NCBI GenBank assembly: GCA_964366455.1
Contig: CAYISZ010000001.1
Location: forward strand, 15,111 to 79,110
From: an uncultured Gammaproteobacteria bacterium
GTDB lineage: Bacteria; Patescibacteriota; Microgenomatia; UBA1406; GWC2-37-13
Length of the DNA: 64,000 bases
Direction: 5' to 3'
Shown here: piece after piece, positions 1 through 9,738 of the stretch
How positions within the stretch are numbered: position 1 is the stretch's first letter
Layout: each line of letters opens with the position of its first letter
Program-made: the position numbers and the translations under genes
Notes under the pieces: model-generated
Told to the model about the DNA's origin: nothing
What the model saw: the letters and a program-made list of their open reading frames with translations, nothing else
Database searches by the model: none

Positions 1-1300
1 ACCTTTGAAGACCAATTGGTAGAGAAAAAAGATTAATACGGTCCCTCTTTTGCTCAGTAAGCTTCTGTCTACCCAAATCGCCATTGAGAAACCATCCTGA
101 AGTCCAAATTAGTATCGAGCACCACACAATAAGGATTAAATAGGATTTTTTTTCTAAGCGAAGAATCTCGTATGTATACGCAATTAGTATTGGAACAATG
201 AATGCAGGAAAAAACATTAGATGTTGTGGACTCCTAAAAAGTGCCATGAATGGGATATTCTGAAAAAAAGCAATAGTTTCAATTGAAAATGGTATGTTAC
301 CTCCTTTTACAAAAAATACTGAGAATAGCAACAAGGCGAGCCAAAAAGATATCGATGAAGACAGGATCGTATTTTTTTTTCGAAGTAGAAAAATTGAATA
401 GAAAATGATAAACCAGACTGAGTAAGTTCCCAAAATGAAAAAATGACGAATTTGTATTGGAAGAGTGAAGAAATACATGTTTCTGTCAAGGTATCCACTT
501 AGCATCAATATATTGGGGAGTGACTGCAAGCTATTCTGAACACTAAAAAAATTTCCTGTTGATGTTTTTGTAAACGCAATATTTGCAAAATGAGAATAGG
601 AAATAATAAAATTTATTATCCAGTAGAGATTTATTCCTACAAGTACTAAATGGTAAAGGATTACCCTTTGCGTTATCCCGCGAATCCGTTTTTGCTGATA
701 GCTTATAAATAGTAGATATGATACTAGGATAAACTCTAAGCAAAAAAAATTTTGTAGTGATGAAATTAGAAAAAATGAGGAAATTATGAATAAGTATGTG
801 TATCTCCACTTATTGCTCAACACTAGAGAACTTACCGATACAAAGTAGTAAGGTGCTGCTGCATAAGAAATCCACATATACCAAGATCCTCCAATGAATT
901 CATTGAATAGAAATGGCGAAAATGCAAATAGAAAAGCAAATAAATAATGCAACAGACTTTCCCCTTTTAGATAGTCAAGTAGTTTTTTATAACCAATAAA
1001 TGCAATAATAAGTACCGTAATTAGGAGAATTTTTACTGACACAACAGACCCAAATACTTTTCCTAAAGTTGAAATGATAGCGTTTGGTATCAAGTGGGAG
1101 ATCGTCAGGTCGGTCGCCGATCCTAGATCAATATTTAACCATGCATATTTGGATAGCAAATCGATTCGAGTAAATAGCTCGTTAGGATAAGGGAATGTAA
1201 AATCCCAATTGTGTCCAATCAACCGATCGCTCAACAGAAACGTGCGCAGGCTAATTAATACAAGAGTAAAAAAAAATAGTACTGGAATAAACTTTCTCAT
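1..1300 (-). CDS. Polytopic membrane protein, partial (C-terminus beyond window edge); possible glycan polymerase/GT-C-like
   Basis: Hand translation from ATG at 1300 (MRKFIPVLFFFTLVLISLRTFLLSDRLIGHNWDFTFPYPNEL...) stays open to position 1 (433 codons). Very hydrophobic with many predicted TM segments. Starts 11 nt after the stop of the upstream GT-C gene. Not in the ORF track because it has no stop in the window. Confidence 0.7.
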   Translation of the reverse strand, partial: MRKFIPVLFFFTLVLISLRTFLLSDRLIGHNWDFTFPYPNELFTRIDLLSKYAWLNIDLGSATDLTISHLIPNAIISTLGKVFGSVVSVKILLITVLIIAFIGYKKLLDYLKGESLLHYLFAFLFAFSPFLFNEFIGGSWYMWISYAAAPYYFVSVSSLVLSNKWRYTYLFIISSFFLISSLQNFFCLEFILVSYLLFISYQQKRIRGITQRVILYHLVLVGINLYWIINFIISYSHFANIAFTKTSTGNFFSVQNSLQSLPNILMLSGYLDRNMYFFTLPIQIRHFFILGTYSVWFIIFYSIFLLRKKNTILSSSISFWLALLLFSVFFVKGGNIPFSIETIAFFQNIPFMALFRSPQHLMFFPAFIVPILIAYTYEILRLEKKSYLILIVWCSILIWTSGWFLNGDLGRQKLTEQKRDRINLFSLPIGLQR

Positions 1301-1310
1301 ACTAATTATC

Positions 1311-3770
1311 TTATCTAAGCGTAAGTTTAAAATTTCGCAGCGCGGCAAATTGATTAGGTTCTTCGCTCTGTACTCTAATGAAAAGATACTCCTGGTTCAT
1401 AATTAGAGTTGACTGAATCGAGTAAGTGTGTTCGATCTCCTTCAGTTCGTTCGTATTTTTCGCTAGCCTAGTATATTGCCGATCGTCATTACTAATTGAA
1501 AAAATCAATGACTGTCCTTTCGTGTATGTTTTTGTAGTTAAAATTCCCCGCTGCGTGTTTGGCGGAATTGTGAACCTATAAATAAGACCATTGTCTGAAT
1601 TTCCAGCATATCGATACAGAACTCCGAACCTAGTTTGAATCCAGCCAAAGCTTTCATAAGTATCGGTCACCCATTTCTGGTTTTTTTTAGTTTCTAATTC
1701 GGCATCATAAATGAAGTCGCCGCTAGCGTCAGATACGAACAGAGGTTCTGAGTTTAGAGAAGATGCAAGTGTGAAAGATTTAAGTCCAGAAACAAGTGAG
1801 TTGTATGGGGAGGGTTGTTTGTAATTAAATCTAAATGTTAAATCGAGTACGGAATTATGGATGGCTTGAGTGAGGTCAAATATACGCTCTCGATAAGCTT
1901 TAAATTTTCTTTCAGATATTGGAATCTGTCGTGCGAAGGAGCCATCACTCATTCGGGTTTCAATATCGATAGTATTTTGCGAGGTGTTTATGTCAGTTAC
2001 TTTTAGAAAGCGCTGTGGGACATTTTGATTCAGTAAGAATTTATACGATATGTAGGCATTTGTCGGCTTCTTTGGTGCTAGAAACATTGTGTTCTCTTTT
2101 TCCGTTTGGGGTAGACCGATATTATTTTCAGTGTTATAGGTAAGGTATACGTTATTCCAGTCGTAGGCATCCTTCAGATAGTTCATTTTCATAAAGCTTT
2201 CGGAATAGGTTCCTTCAAAGATGGTTGGAGAATTTTTAATGAACTTCACTTTATACGTGTTAAATCCACCAGCAAGTCCTTGGGTGTCCGCGGTAATAAG
2301 TGTCCCAATTCGCATATCGTAAATGTCAGGGATCGATATATAAAAATGGTTATTTGAGGAATTAATTAGATCGTTATACCGTGAAGGAGCGTAATGTATA
2401 AGATCTTCTTCGGAAAACCAGCTCTGGTTACGAGTTTTATTGCCTAAATAAACTTTTAAGAATTTGTCATCAAGAGCAAACAATTTGTCACCATCGTTCA
2501 TTAATTTTTGCGTATGTTCTATTGCCTTTTTCCAGCTATAGAGTGGGTCGCCAATAACCTTAAAGCCATACGTAGTTCTAGATTGGATTGGTATTACGGT
2601 AATAATGACGAAAATAATACATACAGCTGCATATATGGCGCTGCGGATATATCCATTAGCAGTCTTTCTCAAAAGACCATCAAGGAGTTGAATTGCCCCC
2701 TCGGCAATCACATAGAGGTAGACCGGAATTATAAAAATGAAATATTTTTCCTCAAACCAGTGACTCATTCGCAATAAATGAAGGATGACAAATGGGCCAT
2801 AGATCCAAGTTAAGGAAAAGATGAGTATTGATTTACTACGCTTGAACAAACCAATGGTGCCTATAAGAAAAAGCGCTAAATAGGTTACAAGATATGGTCC
2901 TCCCCCAATTCCAAACCATGAAAACATAGCCTCAAAAAAAGGAAGGTCAAAATTTCTCAATACCACAGTTTTTAGCTGTGATACGAGTGAGTAGCCCAGT
3001 GGAATTGGTGCATTCGAGTTAATGCGACCGTACAGAGACACTACCACTGAATAGTCAAATTTCCGGATAAAAAGTACAAAGATACCTAATAAAATAAGCA
3101 TAAAAATTTTGCTATATGGTTGGCTCCAGAATGACCTTAATTTACTGAAGAAGAGCTTAGGTTGGAGCAAGTAGTATCCAAAAAGGTAGATCAACTGAAG
3201 AAAAATTACTATGCTCGCAGAGAGGTGCGTGGTTAAATTACAGATGGTGAAAAATGAAAACGGTAAAAGTGAGCGCAATTCAAAGCGAGGTTTTTTGAGT
3301 AGATCAATATAAAAATAGAGAGTCGCGATTGTAAAAAAAACAAAAAATGAATAATGTAGAATTTGCTGAGAAAACTCGATAATCATAGGTGAGATTGCCA
3401 GAAGGAGCGATCCCATAAAGGCCACCCTCTCTGTACTTATTTTTTTGATCGTTGCATGAAGAAGGAGCACCGACGCAATACCAAATAAAACCGAGGGTAG
3501 CCTTAAGAATAAAATGTCTGTAGATACAAGCGAAAAGACATGTACGATAATGTAGTGAAGAGGCGTTATGGTAACCTCGGTAATAATCTGTCCAACTGGT
3601 TTTATTGCCTGATCGATATCGAGTACTTCATCAAACCAAAGATCTTTATCTACTATCCCATACAATCTAGTTGCTAGAGCAAGGAATGTGAGCGCAAAAA
3701 GCGCTTTATACTTTAGGATGAATTTTAATATTTTATATTGAAATGCATCCCTAATTTTATTGAAGATCAT
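1311..3770 (-). CDS. GT-C-fold (ArnT/PMT-like) membrane glycosyltransferase with large C-terminal soluble domain
   Basis: 819 aa. The N-terminal ~400 aa are multi-TM, with an acidic DE motif in the first loop (DKDLWFDEVLDID). The C-terminal ~400 aa are non-hydrophobic. The start overlaps the upstream stop (ATGA). Confidence 0.7.
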   Translation of the reverse strand: MIFNKIRDAFQYKILKFILKYKALFALTFLALATRLYGIVDKDLWFDEVLDIDQAIKPVGQIITEVTITPLHYIIVHVFSLVSTDILFLRLPSVLFGIASVLLLHATIKKISTERVAFMGSLLLAISPMIIEFSQQILHYSFFVFFTIATLYFYIDLLKKPRFELRSLLPFSFFTICNLTTHLSASIVIFLQLIYLFGYYLLQPKLFFSKLRSFWSQPYSKIFMLILLGIFVLFIRKFDYSVVVSLYGRINSNAPIPLGYSLVSQLKTVVLRNFDLPFFEAMFSWFGIGGGPYLVTYLALFLIGTIGLFKRSKSILIFSLTWIYGPFVILHLLRMSHWFEEKYFIFIIPVYLYVIAEGAIQLLDGLLRKTANGYIRSAIYAAVCIIFVIITVIPIQSRTTYGFKVIGDPLYSWKKAIEHTQKLMNDGDKLFALDDKFLKVYLGNKTRNQSWFSEEDLIHYAPSRYNDLINSSNNHFYISIPDIYDMRIGTLITADTQGLAGGFNTYKVKFIKNSPTIFEGTYSESFMKMNYLKDAYDWNNVYLTYNTENNIGLPQTEKENTMFLAPKKPTNAYISYKFLLNQNVPQRFLKVTDINTSQNTIDIETRMSDGSFARQIPISERKFKAYRERIFDLTQAIHNSVLDLTFRFNYKQPSPYNSLVSGLKSFTLASSLNSEPLFVSDASGDFIYDAELETKKNQKWVTDTYESFGWIQTRFGVLYRYAGNSDNGLIYRFTIPPNTQRGILTTKTYTKGQSLIFSISNDDRQYTRLAKNTNELKEIEHTYSIQSTLIMNQEYLFIRVQSEEPNQFAALRNFKLTLR

Positions 3771-4555
3771 ATTTTAGTTGCCCAAATAAATAAGCTTGCT
3801 CCTTGATTGTTAGTAACGTCATCGCACTTAATTGCCTTTTCGATTTCAGTTTTGTATTTTTTAAACACTCGATCCTCGGCTTTTTTGTCGAAGAGTTTAA
3901 AAATTTTGACCTTTAGTGCGAGTCTGTCCCAAAACATACAGTTCTCTTTTGAAATGTAGTAATCATATTTTTTTACAATTAATCCATGTCGTTTCAACTT
4001 TCGTGTCCAAGAGGAGTGTGAATAAGTATGATAATGGTTAAGTAGAGAGTTACGCTTATTTTTATACCAATTTCCAAAAGGTTCAAGAACCGTTCCCTTC
4101 AGAATATCTGATAAATATAGATACTCCTTAAAATTATGACTTGGGGACGTGAAAATAAAATTTCCTCCCTTTTTTAATACCCGTGAAACTTCTTTTAGGA
4201 GAGCTTCATTATTCGGAATATGTTCAATCACTGAATTTGAAAACACAAAGTTCAACGAGTTATCTTTTAACGACATATTTTCAGCGCTTTCGAGCAAGAT
4301 TTTTTTGTACCTGTGATGGCGTTTTGCAATATGTAGATCATTCGCTTCGCCATTGTCAACATTGTATGTAAATTTACCATCAAAGAGAATTGAGCTTAAG
4401 TACCCATCCCCCCCACCGAGATCCATAGAAGGCTGTTTAAAAGTGATTCCTCTAGTTTGTTTGTAAACTGTTTGTAGCTCCAGAACTCTAAAAAGCTTAG
4501 AGGCTGGGTGAGGGTGACCTTTGAAGTCTTTTAACGTGACGAGTTTAGTTTTCAT
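3767..4555 (-). CDS. Class I SAM-dependent methyltransferase
   Basis: Motif I SMDLGGGDGYL and post-I/II pattern (VLKKGGNFIFTSP). Confidence 0.75.
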   Translation of the reverse strand: MKTKLVTLKDFKGHPHPASKLFRVLELQTVYKQTRGITFKQPSMDLGGGDGYLSSILFDGKFTYNVDNGEANDLHIAKRHHRYKKILLESAENMSLKDNSLNFVFSNSVIEHIPNNEALLKEVSRVLKKGGNFIFTSPSHNFKEYLYLSDILKGTVLEPFGNWYKNKRNSLLNHYHTYSHSSWTRKLKRHGLIVKKYDYYISKENCMFWDRLALKVKIFKLFDKKAEDRVFKKYKTEIEKAIKCDDVTNNQGASLFIWATKI

Positions 4556-4608
4556 ATAAGTACGCCTCTATTTGGGAAATAATTCTAGTAATTTTAGCAG
4601 AATTAGCG

Positions 4609-5661
4609 TCAAAAGCTTTTCGCATTACCAACGCTATGTCTTTTGGTAACTTTGTGCATAAAATATGTAAATGGCATTTTCACCATTATCGTTGGAAAAA
4701 GCTCCTTATCTGAGATAATTCTTGTTTTTTGAATTTTAACTCTTTTTTTTAGTGACTTCTTAAGGTTGACCACGTTCCAACCAATTCCTTTTAATATCCA
4801 TATGGAGGATTTGTAGTCACCTCTAAAAAATATATAGACAGCCATTCCAACCCAAAGTGAAATATGCAGAGGTAAAATTTTTAATAGTGAAAGAGTACTA
4901 AGGTTTTTGATTAATGTGAGAATATAATTCTTGCTTCCATGGAACTTTGCATTATACGAATTTTGAGCCTTACTTAAAATAACCGTACTTGTGCCAAACT
5001 CATGATAAACAATGGAAGAAGGGAGGAAAACTGTTTTATATCCCTTCAGCCAACTACGCCATCCAAGATCTGTCTCTTCAACGTATATGAAATAATCGCT
5101 ATCAAATCCACCAGCGGAAAGAAACGCTTCTCGTCTAATAAACATTCCCGCTGATTTTGCAGCAAGCAACTCAACCTTTTTATTGAATTTTCCAGTATCA
5201 ATCTCGCCACCTTTTGCTCGCTGGACTAAAAATCCATTCTGACCCAGATACTCGCCCACATAGTCGATCTTTGTCGGCTCCTTCAAAAGTAATAATTTGC
5301 ATTGAATGATGCCTATATTTTTATTACTTTTAAATTCCTTTATAGCGCGGTTTGACCAATCGGGATGAACCTGAGTGTCATTATCTAAAAATGCAATATA
5401 TTCTCCTCTGGACTTCTTGACGCCTTCGTTTCTTGCTTTAGATGGACCATAATTTTCCTTCAAAGAAACAATTGTAATTTTATTCCCAAAATTCCTTTTA
5501 AATAAAGAGACGTCAGACTGTGTCGAGTGATTGTCTACAAGAATAATTTCCTTAGAACTAGCTTTTGAAGATAAAACAGATTTAACACACCTAGAAGCAT
5601 AAGAATAGCCGTTGTAATTAACTATGATTACTGAGAGCTCTGGTTTTCTTTTCGTACTCAT
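4609..5661 (-). CDS. Family 2 glycosyltransferase
   Basis: LSVIIVNYNG...VDNHST...FLDNDT (GT-A DxD) pattern with a C-terminal TM segment. Confidence 0.8.
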   Translation of the reverse strand: MSTKRKPELSVIIVNYNGYSYASRCVKSVLSSKASSKEIILVDNHSTQSDVSLFKRNFGNKITIVSLKENYGPSKARNEGVKKSRGEYIAFLDNDTQVHPDWSNRAIKEFKSNKNIGIIQCKLLLLKEPTKIDYVGEYLGQNGFLVQRAKGGEIDTGKFNKKVELLAAKSAGMFIRREAFLSAGGFDSDYFIYVEETDLGWRSWLKGYKTVFLPSSIVYHEFGTSTVILSKAQNSYNAKFHGSKNYILTLIKNLSTLSLLKILPLHISLWVGMAVYIFFRGDYKSSIWILKGIGWNVVNLKKSLKKRVKIQKTRIISDKELFPTIMVKMPFTYFMHKVTKRHSVGNAKSF

Positions 5662-6620
5662 ATATGCAATATTCTCTTATTTCGATTTTTAATAAAACTT
5701 ACGTTTCTTGAAAATGCAAAAATGGTTCCATCAAGTATTCCACGTAGCGCATAGGAAAGATAATCTTTCCTTATGGAGCCAAGATAATACAAAAAAATAA
5801 CAGGGTTATAAAGTGCATAAAAAATAATAAACTCATCTAAGCGACTATGAAGGCTCATATAAATTATCCTATTGCGAAAAAACAAATACGCCTTGGGTAT
5901 TGAGTCATATAGACGCATTTTAGGTACTTGTAAATTTGGAATACGAACCTTTATTTTATTCAGCTCTATAGGATGCCAAATTTTGGCAGTTCGGCAAGGT
6001 GCTATCGTATAACCTAGTTTAAGTATGCGATTTCCTAAATCTGGCTCTTCATAAATCATAGGAAATAGAATGGGTCTAAATCCACCGACCTGCTTAAACG
6101 CATCGGTGCGCACAATAAAACAACTATGAAAATGATTAATGTTGTTAACGATTTTTGACGGCATATTATTGTTCAACAAACTAGTTATAGGATTGATCGT
6201 AAGACCCTCATTAAGAAGTTCGTTTGTGAACCAGTCGTAATGTTTCGGACCGGAGACACCAACGTCAGGATGCTCCTCCATGAATTTAATAAGGTTCTCC
6301 GCTGTTCTATAATTGACCAGAACATCGTTGGCCATAATTAGTACATATCTGTATTTGGCGTAAAGCTTTTTTTGAAAAAATGCATTGTTTAGAGCTTTTG
6401 CTATGAAACGATTTTTACTTTCCTTTCGATAGAGGACATTTTTGAAGGATTCAACGACCTTTTGCGTTTCATCAGTCGAGCCATTATCCACCACGCATAC
6501 ATCAAATAGTTCTTTACCAGAACTCTTATTAAGATGGATTAAGGTTATTTTTAAGATTGATGCGCGATTATATGTAGGGATTAGAACTATCGCTTGAGCC
6601 TTCATACTAGTTCTACTCAA
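5658..6620 (-). CDS. Family 2 glycosyltransferase
   Basis: IVLIPTYNRASIL...VVDNGSTDET, GT-A N-terminal signature. Confidence 0.8.
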   Translation of the reverse strand: MSRTSMKAQAIVLIPTYNRASILKITLIHLNKSSGKELFDVCVVDNGSTDETQKVVESFKNVLYRKESKNRFIAKALNNAFFQKKLYAKYRYVLIMANDVLVNYRTAENLIKFMEEHPDVGVSGPKHYDWFTNELLNEGLTINPITSLLNNNMPSKIVNNINHFHSCFIVRTDAFKQVGGFRPILFPMIYEEPDLGNRILKLGYTIAPCRTAKIWHPIELNKIKVRIPNLQVPKMRLYDSIPKAYLFFRNRIIYMSLHSRLDEFIIFYALYNPVIFLYYLGSIRKDYLSYALRGILDGTIFAFSRNVSFIKNRNKRILHI

Positions 6621-7176
6621 CCCGCGATATTTGGTTTTTATTTTTAATAAATTTTCTTCCGCAAGAGCATGTCATATTCTTCCCAATCAGTTTTAGCTTA
6701 TTGGTACATATACAAATATATCCTTTTATTTTTGCTGGGTTTCCGTAGACAAGCGCAAAGTCTGGAACATCGCTGGTCACAACAGATCCTGCTCCGACTA
6801 AAGCATAGATACCGATGGTCAACCCACCGAGGATTGTTGCATTTGCACCTATAGAGCACCCCCTCTTTAATAGAGTCGGCTCAAGTTTAAATTGTTTATT
6901 CTTAGCTCTAGGTAGTTTATCATTCACAAATGTTGCAGATGGGCCGATCTGAACATTATCTTCAATCGTCATGCCATCCCATAGATAGACGCCACATTTA
7001 ATCGTGACATTGTCTCCGATAATAACATTATTCTCTATAAAACAATGGTCGTTAATATTTACATTTTTTCCTATCTTTGCACCAGACAGTATGTGAGTAA
7101 ATGCCCAAACTGTAGTCTTTGCGCCTATATGCTTAGTATCAACAATAGCTTTTGGGTGGACAAAATATATTTTCAT
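6613..7176 (-). CDS. Left-handed beta-helix (hexapeptide repeat) amino-sugar N-acetyltransferase, WlbB/WbpD/FdtC-like
   Basis: Hexapeptide repeats (IGKNVNINDHCFIENNVIIGDNVTI...) and an FVNDKLPR motif. Start moved to ATG 7176 (MKIYFVHPKA), 1 nt after the upstream stop (TAA T ATG); the ORF-track start at 7230 would overlap by 53 nt. Cys-rich tail CICTNKLKLIGKNMTCSC. Confidence 0.75.
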   Translation of the reverse strand: MKIYFVHPKAIVDTKHIGAKTTVWAFTHILSGAKIGKNVNINDHCFIENNVIIGDNVTIKCGVYLWDGMTIEDNVQIGPSATFVNDKLPRAKNKQFKLEPTLLKRGCSIGANATILGGLTIGIYALVGAGSVVTSDVPDFALVYGNPAKIKGYICICTNKLKLIGKNMTCSCGRKFIKNKNQISRVE

Positions 7177-7177
7177 A

Positions 7178-7579
7178 TTAAATAATTTTGTAAGGGTGCG
7201 TATCTTTGTTATTCCACTCAGAGTCTGCATAGCTCAATAAGGAAGCTTTTTTTGTGAGGCTTTTAATTGCATGAGCTGTGTATGGGCCAGTTTCTATACG
7301 AGTATATCTGTCCTTTTTCGCATTAAGAATTATTTGTTTTCTCCGTTTAGTCCGAACATCTTCGATTACGACTTGTACCTTACCCTCTATGATGCCGAAC
7401 CATTCATGCCACTTCTTATGATAATGGTTGCCTCGTACAGAGCCTTTCTTTTTAAAGGTAACAAAGTAAATCTGACCAAATTTCTTTTTTGCACTTTTTA
7501 ACTCATGTTCTTTTAAAAATACGATAAGGTCACCTCGCCTATCCTTAATTCTTTTAAATTTAGTGATCTTGTAGTCCAT
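7178..7579 (-). CDS. Cupin-fold NDP-sugar 3,4-ketoisomerase-like protein (FdtA/QdtA/WxcM family)
   Basis: 133 aa with KDRRGDL near the N-terminus and RGNHYHKK, matching the remembered FdtA pattern DxRGxL...RGxHxHKK. Confidence 0.6.
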   Translation of the reverse strand: MDYKITKFKRIKDRRGDLIVFLKEHELKSAKKKFGQIYFVTFKKKGSVRGNHYHKKWHEWFGIIEGKVQVVIEDVRTKRRKQIILNAKKDRYTRIETGPYTAHAIKSLTKKASLLSYADSEWNNKDTHPYKII

Positions 7580-7580
7580 A

Positions 7581-8564
7581 CTAATTTTTATTTCTAGAGT
7601 ATTCTAGCACACCTGCAATGGTTCCCGGAACAGAGCCAAGTTGCTTCCATTGTCTTAGTCTTATAGCTGTATAGAAGTAGTACACATTCATAAAAGCAAT
7701 ATAAAGCATAAAGCGTAAAAATTTGTCAACGGAATTGGGTTTTATATATGTTAGATAAAAAAGCATAAAGTTTTTTGTGCGGTCGTAGCTCCCAGGCCTA
7801 TCGTTATAAAACCCGTCTCTAGATGGGAGATGTTGTAGAGAAGCTTTAGGATCAAAAATCAGCTTAAATCCTGCCTTTTTAATTCTCATTGCCGTATCGG
7901 CTTCATGGTAATCACCGATAGTTCCGTACCGTTCACTAAAGCCACCTATTGACCGTAATATTTTGGTTCGTACAGATAAATTGCATGCCTCAAGGTTGTC
8001 AACTTCTCTTGCTTTGATTTTTTTTGCTTTTGGAAAATTGCTGCCTAAGCTGAAGGCACCAGATTTAAACCAGTGGCTAACGCGGTAAGGGTCGTCTTCC
8101 AGGATAATCTTAAAGTAAATTGACCCTATTATTCTCCACAAAAACGAAGATTTCTTGAATTTAGATTGATATGCAAATAGGTCTCTGTACTGCTTATGAG
8201 ACGCTGGGATGATGGTGGGGCCAGTCACGCCACCAACAACTGCGTCTGATTGAAAGCGCTTTGTGATGGCTTGTAGCCATCCTGAATCCATAATCACATC
8301 ATCATCGGTTCGTATAAAGACGCTACCTCTAGCATTTTTTAGAGCCATGTTGGCTGCTTTAGCTAAGCCCTTCGTTGTCTGATGAAGTACTTTAATATGA
8401 AGTTTCTTCGAATATTTTTTGATTACTTCTGGGGTAGCATCTTTTGATTTATAATCGACAATAATTACCTCAAAATTTCTATATGTCTGTTTAGTAAGTG
8501 AAAGCAGTGTGTCTTGTAAACTTTGAGCTCTTGAACCGGTTGGTATAAAAATAGAAACTTTCAT
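7581..8564 (-). CDS. Family 2 glycosyltransferase (paralog of 11058..12023)
   Basis: MKVSIFIPTGSRAQSL...NFEVIIVDYKSKD...RTDDDV. Aligns over its full length with the other copy. Confidence 0.8.
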   Translation of the reverse strand: MKVSIFIPTGSRAQSLQDTLLSLTKQTYRNFEVIIVDYKSKDATPEVIKKYSKKLHIKVLHQTTKGLAKAANMALKNARGSVFIRTDDDVIMDSGWLQAITKRFQSDAVVGGVTGPTIIPASHKQYRDLFAYQSKFKKSSFLWRIIGSIYFKIILEDDPYRVSHWFKSGAFSLGSNFPKAKKIKAREVDNLEACNLSVRTKILRSIGGFSERYGTIGDYHEADTAMRIKKAGFKLIFDPKASLQHLPSRDGFYNDRPGSYDRTKNFMLFYLTYIKPNSVDKFLRFMLYIAFMNVYYFYTAIRLRQWKQLGSVPGTIAGVLEYSRNKN

Positions 8565-8597
8565 CTTAATTATGATAATTAAATTAGATAATAAAAT

Positions 8598-9737
8598 TCA
8601 GAGCGATCGATATAACTTTAGATACTCCTTAGCAACTAGGGCTGGAGCTTGTAGTTTGGCTAGTGCAATAACATTTTTCTCAATCAACTTTCTCAGCGAC
8701 TTATTACTCGCTGCCATATACAAGGAAGATGCCCAGTTGTTTTTTTTAACAAGAATGCCACTTTTGTTATTGGTAATTATTTCTTTAAAATATCCTTCAT
8801 TGGAAGCTAACACACATTTATGATAGCTAAGAGCGTGGTACAGAGGTCCACTGTATCCAAAGCTTACGATCGATGGAATAACAACGGCAGTTGATTCAGC
8901 GTAGAGCTTGTGCTGCTCAGATTCTTCAATAAAGCCTCGAAGAATTACACGGTTACGGAGTCCATACTTCTGAATAATATTTTTAATTTCCTGTAGCGCG
9001 TATTCCTGACCCCGAATTATTCCACCCGCCATTATTAGTCGGTATAATGGTTTTGGATGTGCTTTAATAAAGGAATTAAATCCTGCAATTAATTCCTCAA
9101 TACCCTTCCTCCGAACCATGTAACCAAAGTAAAAAAAATATGGTTTGGGGATTGGAGTGGTAGTCTTTCTAGAAGGAATAATAACCGGGATAAGTGAAAT
9201 GCTATTAGGGTTTACGAAGTAATCGCGCGTTAATATGTCAAACTTACGCTTGGTATGAACCACTACTCTATTTGAAAACAAGGCAGTAAATAAGTATATA
9301 TAGTGGAAAAACAATTTAAGCATTAAGGGCTTCATGTATGATTTTCTGTTGAACAGCCAGACGAACTTTTGAGTGACCTGTTTTTTGTATACTGCCGCAT
9401 GGATTGTTGTAACTACCCTAAAGCCACTAAGGCGCATTGTAAGAATTAGGACTGGAAATAAAGCAGCTGTAAAGATATTCCCATACATATTAAATTCCTG
9501 CTGAATATGTACGACATCGGGTTTATCTTTATATAACTGCTTAAGAATTTGAGGAATGTACAAAAGGTTTTTTGACCAGACATTTCTAATGGTGCCATTC
9601 TGTTTGAGCCTAAATGTTTTTTCATCTTTTCCCACATAGGATATGAGTAGTAGGTTTTTCAGATGAGCCAGACCCTCTGTTAGGTACTGTGAGTAATGAC
9701 CAGATGGCGTGATGGAGCTGATGAGTACAACCTTCAT
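8598..9737 (-). CDS. GT-B fold glycosyltransferase (GT4 / group 1)
   Basis: 379 aa with a C-terminal E-x7-E-like region (GFIEESEQHKLYAESTAVVIPS). Confidence 0.7.
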   Translation of the reverse strand: MKVVLISSITPSGHYSQYLTEGLAHLKNLLLISYVGKDEKTFRLKQNGTIRNVWSKNLLYIPQILKQLYKDKPDVVHIQQEFNMYGNIFTAALFPVLILTMRLSGFRVVTTIHAAVYKKQVTQKFVWLFNRKSYMKPLMLKLFFHYIYLFTALFSNRVVVHTKRKFDILTRDYFVNPNSISLIPVIIPSRKTTTPIPKPYFFYFGYMVRRKGIEELIAGFNSFIKAHPKPLYRLIMAGGIIRGQEYALQEIKNIIQKYGLRNRVILRGFIEESEQHKLYAESTAVVIPSIVSFGYSGPLYHALSYHKCVLASNEGYFKEIITNNKSGILVKKNNWASSLYMAASNKSLRKLIEKNVIALAKLQAPALVAKEYLKLYRSL

Positions 9738-9738
9738 G

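Noticed and set aside
307-809. Track ORFs 307..498 and 543..809 (minus)
   Set aside because: Both are out of frame with the uninterrupted 433-codon frame that starts at 1300. They are most likely shadows within that membrane-protein gene.
1209-1406. 65-aa plus-strand ORF across the junction of two minus-strand genes
   Set aside because: It is antisense to two well-supported CDSs, has a low-complexity basic composition and no promoter context.
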